Below, piece by piece: positions 20,860 through 29,321 of a stretch of DNA of 64,000 nt (the stretch's first letter is position 1; every line of letters starts with the position of its first letter). The position numbers and the translations under genes are program-made. The DNA comes from an uncultured Prevotellaceae bacterium (GTDB lineage: Bacteria; Bacteroidota; Bacteroidia; Bacteroidales; Bacteroidaceae): positions 50,683 through 114,682 of the forward strand of contig CALFJG010000072.1 in the NCBI GenBank assembly GCA_937877625.1, in the 5' to 3' direction. The notes under the pieces were generated by a model that was not told where the DNA came from, ran no database searches, and saw only the letters and a program-made list of their open reading frames with translations.

Positions 20860-21828
20860 TTATGGGGTTACATCTTCTGAAAGAATGGTAATGGAGAGTC
20901 GCAGATAGTCTATCGCGGTCTGATATCGCGTATCGTTTGGGCTAACCGCGGGTATCATTCGTTCAAGTTGACTTATGAGCATTTTTCGCTCCGCATCGGA
21001 GAATAGATGATTGGCTACGGCATCTTTTATCACGCGATAGAGTATAGAGGCTACAAGAGGTTGATCTTCGGCATCGGATTCTCTGAGAGCACCCATTAGG
21101 GCGTTGATAATCGGTAGCGGTTCGCCTTTAAGAAACAACTCTGTGGGAAAAGCCAGTTTCCCCTCTCTGAGGAGATCGTAAGGGAAATATTGTCCGCTTA
21201 ATGCTACCACAGTGTCGGTTACGAAAGAAAGATCGATGTTGTCGGGCGACTGGGTGGCGTAATACGGCGTTGTAGGTATGTTTGTTGCCAACGATGGTAT
21301 GCGAGCGTAGGAGATGATGATACGTCCCTGTATGGTTTTGTTGATGTCTGACCATTCTATGGCGTAGCAGGTGCGATACTGTCCGGCAGCTTCTGCGCTT
21401 TGGTCGGCAAGGTTCACTATGGTGTAGTTATTTGCTTGGTACTTGCCGATTTCTATTTTGTTTTCGGCGTTCTGCCCATAGACAATAGCCAAGGCACGAG
21501 GCTTCTCGTGAGAGTTTGGTGAGTAGTGCTCTAAGCGATAGCAGGCGGGGTTTGATTTCTGAGAGAGCATAGCTGCCTCTACATCGTTGATGAGCGAACT
21601 GTATTTCTTTTTTATCGTAAATGTATAAACCTCAAGGTAGCAGGCTCGGCGACTTACTACACTTTCTGCCGTAGGATTGAAGCCGTCAAAGGATGACGTA
21701 TAGCTCACGGCGGCTTTCTTATGACTGATAAGGCGTTTTATGGCCTCGTCAATTGTACTTTGCGCAGCAACAGGCATAACAGAGGTGAGTGCCAACAAGA
21801 GTGATGCAAAAAGAATGACGCGTTTCAT
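20860..21828 (-). CDS. Exported protein of unknown function, third gene of ECF operon
   Basis: Signal peptide MKRVILFASLLLALTSVMPVAA; 4-nt overlap with upstream gene. Confidence 0.75.
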   Translation of the reverse strand: MKRVILFASLLLALTSVMPVAAQSTIDEAIKRLISHKKAAVSYTSSFDGFNPTAESVVSRRACYLEVYTFTIKKKYSSLINDVEAAMLSQKSNPACYRLEHYSPNSHEKPRALAIVYGQNAENKIEIGKYQANNYTIVNLADQSAEAAGQYRTCYAIEWSDINKTIQGRIIISYARIPSLATNIPTTPYYATQSPDNIDLSFVTDTVVALSGQYFPYDLLREGKLAFPTELFLKGEPLPIINALMGALRESDAEDQPLVASILYRVIKDAVANHLFSDAERKMLISQLERMIPAVSPNDTRYQTAIDYLRLSITILSEDVTP

Positions 21829-22595
21829 ATAGCAATAGGTTTAGGTTGTTCGGAGAAAAGAGTTTGCGCTGCAGTCGATACCTGCTGAAGAATTTCTCTC
21901 GCGCTTATTCGGTCGGCGGCAATGCGTTCGTCAATGATAAGTCTGGCGTGGCTGTGCTGAGAGAGATAGGCCTGGCGATCTAACTCCCTCTGGCGGTCGG
22001 AGAACGGCGTGCGCGGTTTTTCCTCGTGTGTGTCTGCCGCGAGGATTTGCGCCGCAGGCTGTGCTGTAGGCGTTGTTGCTGTGGCCGGAACGACGGCAGG
22101 CGTTATCGGTTCGGGCATTGTTTGTGGAAGTTCGACGGCGGTGGTGTCGGTTTGTGATGTGGGTATGAGCCGCTGAGCGTGTTCTATCCTACGCGGGGCT
22201 TGCCGAGTAGGCGCAATCGTTGCCGGTAAATGCTGAGAGGCGTAGGTGATATGCTGGGGGCTGGTTGGTGGCTCGCACGGCGGCGTGGTAGCTACAGGCA
22301 CGTGGCCCGACGTACTCACTGCTGCAAGGTGGTCGGCAGCAGGTTGAGGCCACAGAAGCACGAGGCCTACTATCACCGCTGCGGCGGCAGAGGCTGCGGC
22401 GGCGACCGAGAGCCACACGAGCGGAAGCACGTTACGACGGCGACGAGGCTTTTGAAGCAAAAGACCCTCGGCTTCTGCGGCAGCCAAACGTGTCATAAAG
22501 CGTTCTGCCATTCCTTCGGGAGGACTCGGCTGGCGTTGTGCCAACGTAGCGAGGGCTTTGCGCAGCGCGCGAGGGGGTGACACAGGGGTATTCAT
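21825..22595 (-). CDS. Putative anti-sigma factor
   Basis: Overlaps ECF stop codon; short N-terminal domain (PPEGMAERFM), basic patch, single TM, Pro/Thr-rich region. Confidence 0.65.
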   Translation of the reverse strand: MNTPVSPPRALRKALATLAQRQPSPPEGMAERFMTRLAAAEAEGLLLQKPRRRRNVLPLVWLSVAAAASAAAAVIVGLVLLWPQPAADHLAAVSTSGHVPVATTPPCEPPTSPQHITYASQHLPATIAPTRQAPRRIEHAQRLIPTSQTDTTAVELPQTMPEPITPAVVPATATTPTAQPAAQILAADTHEEKPRTPFSDRQRELDRQAYLSQHSHARLIIDERIAADRISAREILQQVSTAAQTLFSEQPKPIAI

Positions 22596-23155
22596 AGGGA
22601 AGAAGCGGTGAGGAAGAGGTAGAGTTTTTGTCGTATCTTTTTTAGGCGAATGCTCAACGTGGGGATGCTCACACCGAGTATGTAGCCAATTTCTTTTAGG
22701 GTGAGATTTTCGTAGTAGTAGAGGGTGAGCAGGTGTTTGTCGGGGGCTGGCAGTTGTTCGATGGCACGGGTGAGTTTTTCTATCAAATTGTCGTCGTCAG
22801 ACGCAAAGGCTTCTTGCAGGGCCGCCTCGGTGAAGGCTTTCGGCTCGGCGGTGTCATCAGAGAGTGTTATTGGCTCTGGCGGAGGTTTTAGTCGCAGATA
22901 GGACACACTGGCGTTGTAGGCGAGGCGTTGTAACCAGGTGTAGAACGATGCCCGCCGGCTATCAAACGTCGAAAGTGCCGTGAAAGCACGAAGAAACACG
23001 TCTTGCGTGATTTCCTCAGCCACCGCTGTATGCCCCGTAAGCCGACACACGGAAGCATAAACGCCAGGGCTATATGCCTCAAACAATCTTCTGTAGGCCT
23101 GTTGCTCACCGCGCTGGGCGGATCGTATGAGTATTTCTGTCTCGCTAACTTTCAT
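22592..23155 (-). CDS. ECF-type sigma-70 factor
   Basis: Region 2 (AEEITQDVFLRAF, FYTWLQRLAYN) and region 4 (LYYYENLTLKEIGYILG); start at MKVSE. Confidence 0.92.
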   Translation of the reverse strand: MKVSETEILIRSAQRGEQQAYRRLFEAYSPGVYASVCRLTGHTAVAEEITQDVFLRAFTALSTFDSRRASFYTWLQRLAYNASVSYLRLKPPPEPITLSDDTAEPKAFTEAALQEAFASDDDNLIEKLTRAIEQLPAPDKHLLTLYYYENLTLKEIGYILGVSIPTLSIRLKKIRQKLYLFLTASSL

Positions 23156-23190
23156 CAACGGGCGTGATGCGTAAATCGGTGGATTGGTGT

Positions 23191-23226
23191 CGCTTGTCTC
23201 CGACAGACTTTTGCTCGCCAAGGCAA
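23191..23226. repeat. 36-bp inverted repeat, left copy
   Basis: Reverse complement ttgccttggcgagcaaaagtctgtcggagacaagcg matches 28034-28069 (19 bp exact, 5 mismatches overall). Confidence 0.8.
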
Positions 23227-23393
23227 AGCTGAAGCAAGCGTCACTTCGCTCTTCTGCCTTAACGCAAAAGTCCTACTTTTATTTATATATACGCTCAGGC
23301 GTTGTGAATTTTTAATATGCAAGAAAAAAATCTCTCCGCCGCACAAAAGTTACGAAGTGCGAGCTATTTTAAACACTGACGCTTAAAGAATTG

Positions 23394-23473
23394 AAAGTGT
23401 GACTATATTTTTACAAACAAAGCCTATATTTGTAAAAACATAGGCTTTGTTTGTAAAAATATAGTCACACTTT
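23394..23473. repeat. Perfect 34-bp inverted repeat
   Basis: 23394-23427 is the exact reverse complement of 23440-23473; 12-nt loop. Confidence 0.9.
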
Positions 23474-23474
23474 A

Positions 23475-23520
23475 TAAAATAGATGCGCTCGGCGTTTAAA
23501 ATAGATGGCTCGGCGTTTAA
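23475..23520. repeat. 22/21-bp tandem repeat
   Basis: taaaatagatgcgctcggcgtt followed by taaaatagatggctcggcgtt. Confidence 0.8.
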
Positions 23521-23933
23521 TGTTTTGTGCCTGCGGTGCCTCTTTGGCGGGTGCTGGCAGCGTTTGGGCTGGAAATCACCTCCACTTCCACGCCCGTCAC
23601 CCCGGCGGCCACCATTCCAAGTTGGCGTGCTGCGCCGAGCGAGAGGTCAACAATGCGTCCGCGAGCAAACGGGCCGCGGTCGGTGACACGCACCACTACC
23701 TCGCGCCCGTTGGCGGTGTTGCGCACACGGAGCATCGTGCCGAACGGCAACGTGCGGTGGGCACACGTGAGGCTGTCTTTGTGGAAGATTTCGCCGCTAC
23801 TCGTGCGACGTCCGTGGAACTTACCAGCATAGTAAGATGCCTTGCCGCGCATCGTCTGCGCCTGAGCATCGGGGGTTCCAATGAATGCGAATGAACACAG
23901 GAGAATTCCGAAAAGGATTTTCTTTACTGTCAT
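23517..23933 (-). CDS. rlpA: RlpA-family lytic transglycosylase (DPBB domain)
   Basis: GKASYY, TCAHRTLPFGT, VRVTDRGPF, RIVDLS; start at MTVKK. Confidence 0.92.
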   Translation of the reverse strand: MTVKKILFGILLCSFAFIGTPDAQAQTMRGKASYYAGKFHGRRTSSGEIFHKDSLTCAHRTLPFGTMLRVRNTANGREVVVRVTDRGPFARGRIVDLSLGAARQLGMVAAGVTGVEVEVISSPNAASTRQRGTAGTKH

Positions 23934-24189
23934 AATTAAATTTTTTTCACAGCGACGGGGAAACATCCAAATAGGATTTGTTTGTATTAGGTGGCTGTTT
24001 CGACCCTTGATGCCCGCTCCTTATTTTTTATAAGGTATCTTCGGTAAGGAAAATCTGTCACGGCGGGTAGCCCCTGTGAGGTTTGCGCTGCAAAAGTAGG
24101 GTGCAACGGCCACGCTTCCAAGTCTTTTTTTTCTGTGTTTCAGTCTTTTAACTTTTTGAAACGACCCGTTTTTGTAAGTTCTACATTGC

Positions 24190-24322
24190 TTTTCAACACT
24201 GTTTCCTTCTTGGCTTAAAACACAGGCCTCTGCTACGTATCTTATTCATTTACAGCATCAAAAGGATGCGTCACGGTTGTTTTTTCCACAAACTTATCCA
24301 CGCACAACACGTTTTATCAACG
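24190..24322 (+). other. Cluster of DnaA-box-like 9-mers (candidate oriC)
   Basis: ttttcaaca 24190, ttttccaca 24282, ttatccacg 24294, ttatcaacg 24314, all co-oriented in a ~680-bp intergenic region. Confidence 0.4.
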
Positions 24323-24609
24323 GACAAAAAGCCTTTAAACTCTTTTAACACTCAAAATCAATGCGTTTGCCAAACCCGATTGGCAAACGCACCTCAAAGT
24401 AAAGCGTTTTGTTAAGGCTCTATTTTAGTCCTTCATAGCAGAGAGCACCGTGCCCCTGCTATGAGCGACACTCATACGCCACTTCTATAAGTTTCATATC
24501 GGCAGGCTCAACACAAAAGCCCTCTTTCCTTCGAACAGTACGCTTTCTCGCCATTTCAGAGCTCGCACAAGTTCGGCTCTTGGCCATTGGGCTTTATAGA
24601 ACACCCCGG

Positions 24610-26775
24610 TTATATCGCCCCGAAGTATTTGGAAAAGAGTTTTGCCGCAGCACTAATGGGTGCCCCTTGTTGGCGGGCGGGCAGAGCCAGAGAGGCATCG
24701 CCTGCCCAATCAGCCTCCATAGCATACCACTCTGCAGGACTCGGGGTGGGTTCGTTGGCAATGAGGTTGTCAAAAAAGCGTTTCCATCGTGGCAGGTAGA
24801 AGGTTTGCAGCAGTCCGCCCCACTCGCGGTTGGAATAGTCGTGCAGTCCGCCTTGGTTGGCGGCGCGTTCGTGTCCCCAGGTGGTGATGAGCAGGCGTGC
24901 GTTGTGGTCGAAGAGGCGCAGTATTTCCTGTCGCTCATTAGGCGCAGCGGTATCGTCTATATCCTCCGCCGCCTGGCGTGCCTGAGCTATCCATGTGCCA
25001 GCCATAAACGCCGGATGGGTGGAGAGCAGACGGTCGAGGTCGGCAATAAGTTCCAGATAGGCTTTCACTGCCACGCGCAGACTCTCGCCGCCCGTCGTGC
25101 TGGCCTCCGCCACTTGGCCCAGGCGCACCTGTGCCTCGTCGGTGAGGCATTGGCGGACGAGGTCAACCACATCGTAAGCATAGGCGGGACTCTTGCCGAG
25201 CGTCTTTCGCTCTGCCAAGAGATAAGCCGCCGCGCGCCGCACAAAGCCCGGGTTCCAATACAAGTCGCTGCGGCTCCACGTGGAAACGCGGTCTATCTCC
25301 AGTGCCGGACGTGCACAGACGATGGGTTCGCTCGTGCCTTGCCTGTTGTCAGGACAAGCATACACCGAACGCGCCAGGAGTATCCACGCACTGTCGGCCA
25401 GTGCCGTATGACTGCCGTAACGTGCCGTGGCGTAGTCGGACAGCCACGCATCAAGGTCGGCCACGCTATCCCAAGCACTTTGGTACAGAAACTCGTAGCA
25501 AACAGGATTTGTTTCCGCCCCCTCGGGTGCGGAGCCTATGCCCACGAAGCCAGGCTCTTGCGTGGCTTCATAGTAGTCCGAGAGCGTGCGTTGCAAACGT
25601 CCGTGCAGCCCGGTGCGTCCCCCGAAGTTGTGGAGCATACAATAGATAAAGTCGTGGCTACGGAAGCCGTTCTTATAACGCGGCTCGCCGTCGGCAAAAA
25701 GGTCTAACACTATCAGCCCGCCCACAGGCACTGCCTCCAGACACGCCGGCCTGGGGTTCTCGCCCCAGGCTTGTAGCACCCACCGACTACCAGGAGCGGC
25801 GGCAAGCATCGCGTTGTAGGTGTTGAGAAACGCAGCGTGGAGATCAACACCTTGTGTATTGCCTCCCTCGTGGAAGAGATCCATACTATAGTATTTCGAT
25901 TTGCCCATCAGCTTTTCCAACTCCTCGTAGTACGTCTGCGCCACGCGGGGGAAGAGGCTGTCGGTAGGCAAGAGAAACCCCGGTCGGCTAAACCCGCACC
26001 AGCCGCCGGCATCGCGTGTGCGGCCGTGTCGTTCCAAGAAGTCGGAAGGCACCATACCGGCGTAGCCCGGCAACACCGGCTCCATACCGAGCTCGCGCTC
26101 ACGCTGTAGGATTTGCCTCGCCACCCGCTCGCGCTCACTGTACCACCCCTCGGGGTTAGGACCGCCCCAGCCTTCGAGGTTGCCCATCAAAAACCACGCC
26201 TGAAAAGCCGGGCCAGCGATAAAACGTCCGGCCTCCTCGGCCGTGTAGCCTAAACGTGGCAAGACGCGCCACCAGACGGCCTCCGTACCCACAAGCTGCA
26301 ACGGCATATTGATGCCGTGGAGTGCCATCCAGTCGATCTCCTGCTCCCACCGCTCCCAAGTCCAGAAAGCCATAGTATAAGAGAACGTACAGTAATTCAG
26401 GTAGTAGCGTAGCTCAGCACTCGTGGTACTCACCTCATCGCAGCACGGCAGGGGCAGCTCGGCGGTGGTTAGTGGAACACGGAGCTGGTTCCACGAAATC
26501 TGCAGATGAGCATGGCGGCTAAGATAGTTGCCGATGCCCATCGTCGCGGCACTGAGCGTGGAGCCGCCGATATAAGGTTTGCCGCCGCGCTGTCCTACGA
26601 CGAACGTTTCTCTTCCGTCGGTTGACAGGCTGGCATCCACCTCCGTTTCAAAACGGTCTGCCGTGCCTGCGCCGCCGATACGGTTGAGCAAGGCACTTAT
26701 GGGTTGCGGGTTTTTTTCGGCACAGAGGCCGAGCGAACATACAGAGAGCATAAGGCATAATAACGAGCGTTTCAT
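24610..26775 (-). CDS. Alpha-N-acetylglucosaminidase (GH89)
   Basis: Signal peptide; RYYLNYCTFSY, WEQEIDWMALHGIN, MGNLEGWGGP, LHNFGGR, LHDYSNREWGG. Confidence 0.93.
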   Translation of the reverse strand: MKRSLLCLMLSVCSLGLCAEKNPQPISALLNRIGGAGTADRFETEVDASLSTDGRETFVVGQRGGKPYIGGSTLSAATMGIGNYLSRHAHLQISWNQLRVPLTTAELPLPCCDEVSTTSAELRYYLNYCTFSYTMAFWTWERWEQEIDWMALHGINMPLQLVGTEAVWWRVLPRLGYTAEEAGRFIAGPAFQAWFLMGNLEGWGGPNPEGWYSERERVARQILQRERELGMEPVLPGYAGMVPSDFLERHGRTRDAGGWCGFSRPGFLLPTDSLFPRVAQTYYEELEKLMGKSKYYSMDLFHEGGNTQGVDLHAAFLNTYNAMLAAAPGSRWVLQAWGENPRPACLEAVPVGGLIVLDLFADGEPRYKNGFRSHDFIYCMLHNFGGRTGLHGRLQRTLSDYYEATQEPGFVGIGSAPEGAETNPVCYEFLYQSAWDSVADLDAWLSDYATARYGSHTALADSAWILLARSVYACPDNRQGTSEPIVCARPALEIDRVSTWSRSDLYWNPGFVRRAAAYLLAERKTLGKSPAYAYDVVDLVRQCLTDEAQVRLGQVAEASTTGGESLRVAVKAYLELIADLDRLLSTHPAFMAGTWIAQARQAAEDIDDTAAPNERQEILRLFDHNARLLITTWGHERAANQGGLHDYSNREWGGLLQTFYLPRWKRFFDNLIANEPTPSPAEWYAMEADWAGDASLALPARQQGAPISAAAKLFSKYFGAI

Positions 26776-26846
26776 CGGAAGAAGAGGAGTGTTGGTGAAG
26801 AATGTTTAGGTACAAAAAAGGCCGTCTCCGGAGTGTTAAGCCAGGG

Positions 26847-26883
26847 CAAAGATACGTTATTATCTAAAAATGCCTTACCTTTG
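26847..26883. promoter_or_regulatory. Back-to-back TAnnTTTG promoters for GH89 and GT4
   Basis: Minus TATCTTTG 26847-26854; plus TACCTTTG 26876-26883. Confidence 0.6.
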
Positions 26884-26888
26884 CTGCG

Positions 26889-28022
26889 ATGAAAATAGCA
26901 TTCAACGCCAAACTCGCTTTCAGCAACAGCACAGGCCTCGGCAACTATAGCCGCTACGTGCTTGACATCCTTTGTCGCTACTATCCACAACACGAGTATG
27001 TGGCTTTTACACCCAACACACACGGCGTGCCTCAGATGCAACGGTTACTCGCAAGACACGCAAACCTCTTTGTAGCAGGACCGGGACGTTGGCAGTGTCC
27101 GGAACTTTGGCGTTTGTGGGGTATGGCCGACGACGTGGCGCAGCAGGGTGCTGATGTGTTTCTGGGCCTTACGGGAGACCTGCCGCTCAAGATAAAAAAG
27201 ACGGGCGTGCCGAGTGTCGTCACGATACACGACCTTATCTATCTTCGCTATCCACAATACTATAATGCCATTGACTGCCGTATCTATGCCTACAAGATGC
27301 GCCGCGCTTGTGAGGCCGCTAACCGGATTATTGCCGTGAGTGAATGTACGAAGCGCGATGTGGTGCGCTTCTTCGGTATAGATGCAGAGCGTATCTCCGT
27401 GGTTTATCAAGGTTGCGACGCGGCATTTACGGCTCAGCACGACCGCACGAAAGAGGACGAGGTGAGCCGTCGCTACGCACTCCCCGAAAAATTTGTGCTT
27501 AGCGTCGGCACGATAGAGGAGCGCAAAAACACTCTGCTGCTGGTGCGCGCACTACCCTCACTGCCCAAAGAAATAGCACTCGTATTAGTGGGGCGGCGCA
27601 CACCCTACACAGCTCGTGTGGAAAAAGAAGCGGAACGGCTCGGCGTAGCGCAACGCCTACACATTTTTTCCAACGTGCCATTTGCCGACCTGCCCGCACT
27701 CTATCGTTTGGCTTCAGTGTTTGCTTACCCCTCGCGCTTTGAGGGGTTTGGTATCCCCGTGCTTGAGGCACTACGAAGCGGCATACCCGTTGTGGCCGCC
27801 ACGGGCTCTTGTTTAGAAGAGGCAGGAGGCAACGGCGCACTCTATGTCGGCCCCGACGACGTGGACGGGATGGGTGCGGCTATCCATCGCCTCGTGGCCG
27901 ACAACGAACTGCGTACCACTCTGTTTACGGCGGGGCAGCACCACGCGACAACATTCAACGAAGCGACCCAAGCACAGCAAATTATAAACGAAATCCAAAA
28001 GGCTATTATTGCCGTGACATAA
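26889..28022 (+). CDS. GT4 family glycosyltransferase
   Basis: TGLGNYSR, VVTIHDL, VGTIEERKN, PSRFEGFGIPVLEA (EX7E). Confidence 0.9.
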   Translation: MKIAFNAKLAFSNSTGLGNYSRYVLDILCRYYPQHEYVAFTPNTHGVPQMQRLLARHANLFVAGPGRWQCPELWRLWGMADDVAQQGADVFLGLTGDLPLKIKKTGVPSVVTIHDLIYLRYPQYYNAIDCRIYAYKMRRACEAANRIIAVSECTKRDVVRFFGIDAERISVVYQGCDAAFTAQHDRTKEDEVSRRYALPEKFVLSVGTIEERKNTLLLVRALPSLPKEIALVLVGRRTPYTARVEKEAERLGVAQRLHIFSNVPFADLPALYRLASVFAYPSRFEGFGIPVLEALRSGIPVVAATGSCLEEAGGNGALYVGPDDVDGMGAAIHRLVADNELRTTLFTAGQHHATTFNEATQAQQIINEIQKAIIAVT

Positions 28023-28033
28023 ACCTGTAAGCG

Positions 28034-28069
28034 TTGCCTTGGCGAGCAAAAGAATGCCGAAGACAAACG
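28034..28069. repeat. 36-bp inverted repeat, right copy
   Basis: ttgccttggcgagcaaaagaatgccgaagacaaacg, ending 15 nt before the methyltransferase ATG. Confidence 0.8.
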
Positions 28070-28084
28070 TATTCAAACAGCACT

Positions 28085-29230
28085 ATGGCAAACAAGAATC
28101 TGAATGCGGCCAAGACGGCCAAGAAAGACGAGTTCTACACGCAGCTGACCGACATAGAGCGCGAGCTGCAGCACTACTGGCCGCACTTCGCGGGGAAGGT
28201 GGTGCTGTGCAACTGCGACGACCCCTACGAGTCGAACTTCTTCAAGTACTTCGCCCTGCGCTTCAACCAGCTGGGCTTGAAGAAGCTCATCTGCACCTGC
28301 TACGACGGCTCGCCCGTGGCGGGCACGCAGCTGTCGCTCTTCTCACTCGACGCCGATGGCAACCAGCGGAAGACGGCCTACAAGGTGGAGATTACGGAGG
28401 TGACGGACGTGAACGGCGACGGGGCCGTGGACCTGGCCGACGTGGAGCATCTGATACAGAACGACAAGAACGTGCTCTCCGTGCTGCACGGCAACGGCGA
28501 CTTCCGCTCGCCGGAGTGCATAGAGCTGCTCAAGCAGGCCGACATCGTAGTGACCAACCCGCCGTTCTCGCTCTTCCGCGAGTACGTGGCGCAGCTGATG
28601 GAGTACGGGAAGAAGTTCCTGATAATAGGGAACGTCAATGCCATTACTTACAAGGAGGTCTTTCCCTTGATAATGGAGAACAGGCTGTGGCTGGGCTATG
28701 GTTTTAACGCAGGAAATGCCTATTTCCGAGTTCCCGAAGAGACAAGGCGCGAATATGCTGATGGAGTATATGACAAAGAGACCGATTTGGTGAAGTTCCG
28801 CAATTGCCATTGGTTCACCAACCTCGACCACAACAAGCGCCACGAGGAAATGGATTTGGTTTGCCACTACTCGCCCGAGGAATATCCTACTTACGACAAC
28901 TACGACGCGATAGAAGTCAGCAAGACCTCAGACATCCCCTTCGACTACGACGGCGTAATGGGCGTTCCCATCACCTTCCTCGACAAGTACAACCCAGAGC
29001 AATTTGAAATCATAGGTGCAACTGAGAGTGAAGGCAAAGGCGTCTCCAACGGCTTGTGGAAGCAAGACAGTGGTGTCGCTCAGCCGTTAGTGGGGGGGGT
29101 AAGAAATACAAGCGTATCTTTATCAGACTTAAGAATCCCCGGCTACGCTAAGTACGACCGCCCCTACATCAATGGCGTGCGCAAATATGCAAGAATCCTA
29201 ATCCGCAACAAACACCCCCAGAAGCTTTGA
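28085..29230 (+). CDS. EcoRI-family adenine-specific DNA methyltransferase
   Basis: KDEFYT, VLCNCDDP, GDFRS, VVTNPPFSLFRE (motif IV), YDNYDAIEV, MGVPITFLDK; start at MANKN; G8 tract at 29092-29099. Confidence 0.9.
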   Translation: MANKNLNAAKTAKKDEFYTQLTDIERELQHYWPHFAGKVVLCNCDDPYESNFFKYFALRFNQLGLKKLICTCYDGSPVAGTQLSLFSLDADGNQRKTAYKVEITEVTDVNGDGAVDLADVEHLIQNDKNVLSVLHGNGDFRSPECIELLKQADIVVTNPPFSLFREYVAQLMEYGKKFLIIGNVNAITYKEVFPLIMENRLWLGYGFNAGNAYFRVPEETRREYADGVYDKETDLVKFRNCHWFTNLDHNKRHEEMDLVCHYSPEEYPTYDNYDAIEVSKTSDIPFDYDGVMGVPITFLDKYNPEQFEIIGATESEGKGVSNGLWKQDSGVAQPLVGGVRNTSVSLSDLRIPGYAKYDRPYINGVRKYARILIRNKHPQKL

Positions 29231-29263
29231 TGCCGCGCAAATAGTGAGAAATGTCCATAAACA

Positions 29264-29295
29264 TTTGGTGGTTATAAATTTATTACCTATCTTTG
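29264..29295 (+). promoter_or_regulatory. Canonical promoter with palindromic operator-like site in the spacer
   Basis: TTTG 29264-29267, 20-bp spacer, TATCTTTG 29288-29295; spacer holds ggttataaatttattacc (29270-29287), palindromic but for one pair. Confidence 0.75.
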
Positions 29296-29321
29296 CACAA
29301 AAACAGCGAAGGACCGTAACG

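Noticed and set aside
23394..23520. CRISPR array
   Set aside because: No constant repeat with unique spacers and no cas genes; the same applies to 51401-51451.
24580..25707. 375-aa plus-strand ORF
   Set aside because: Antisense shadow of the well-supported GH89 gene; no recognisable motifs.
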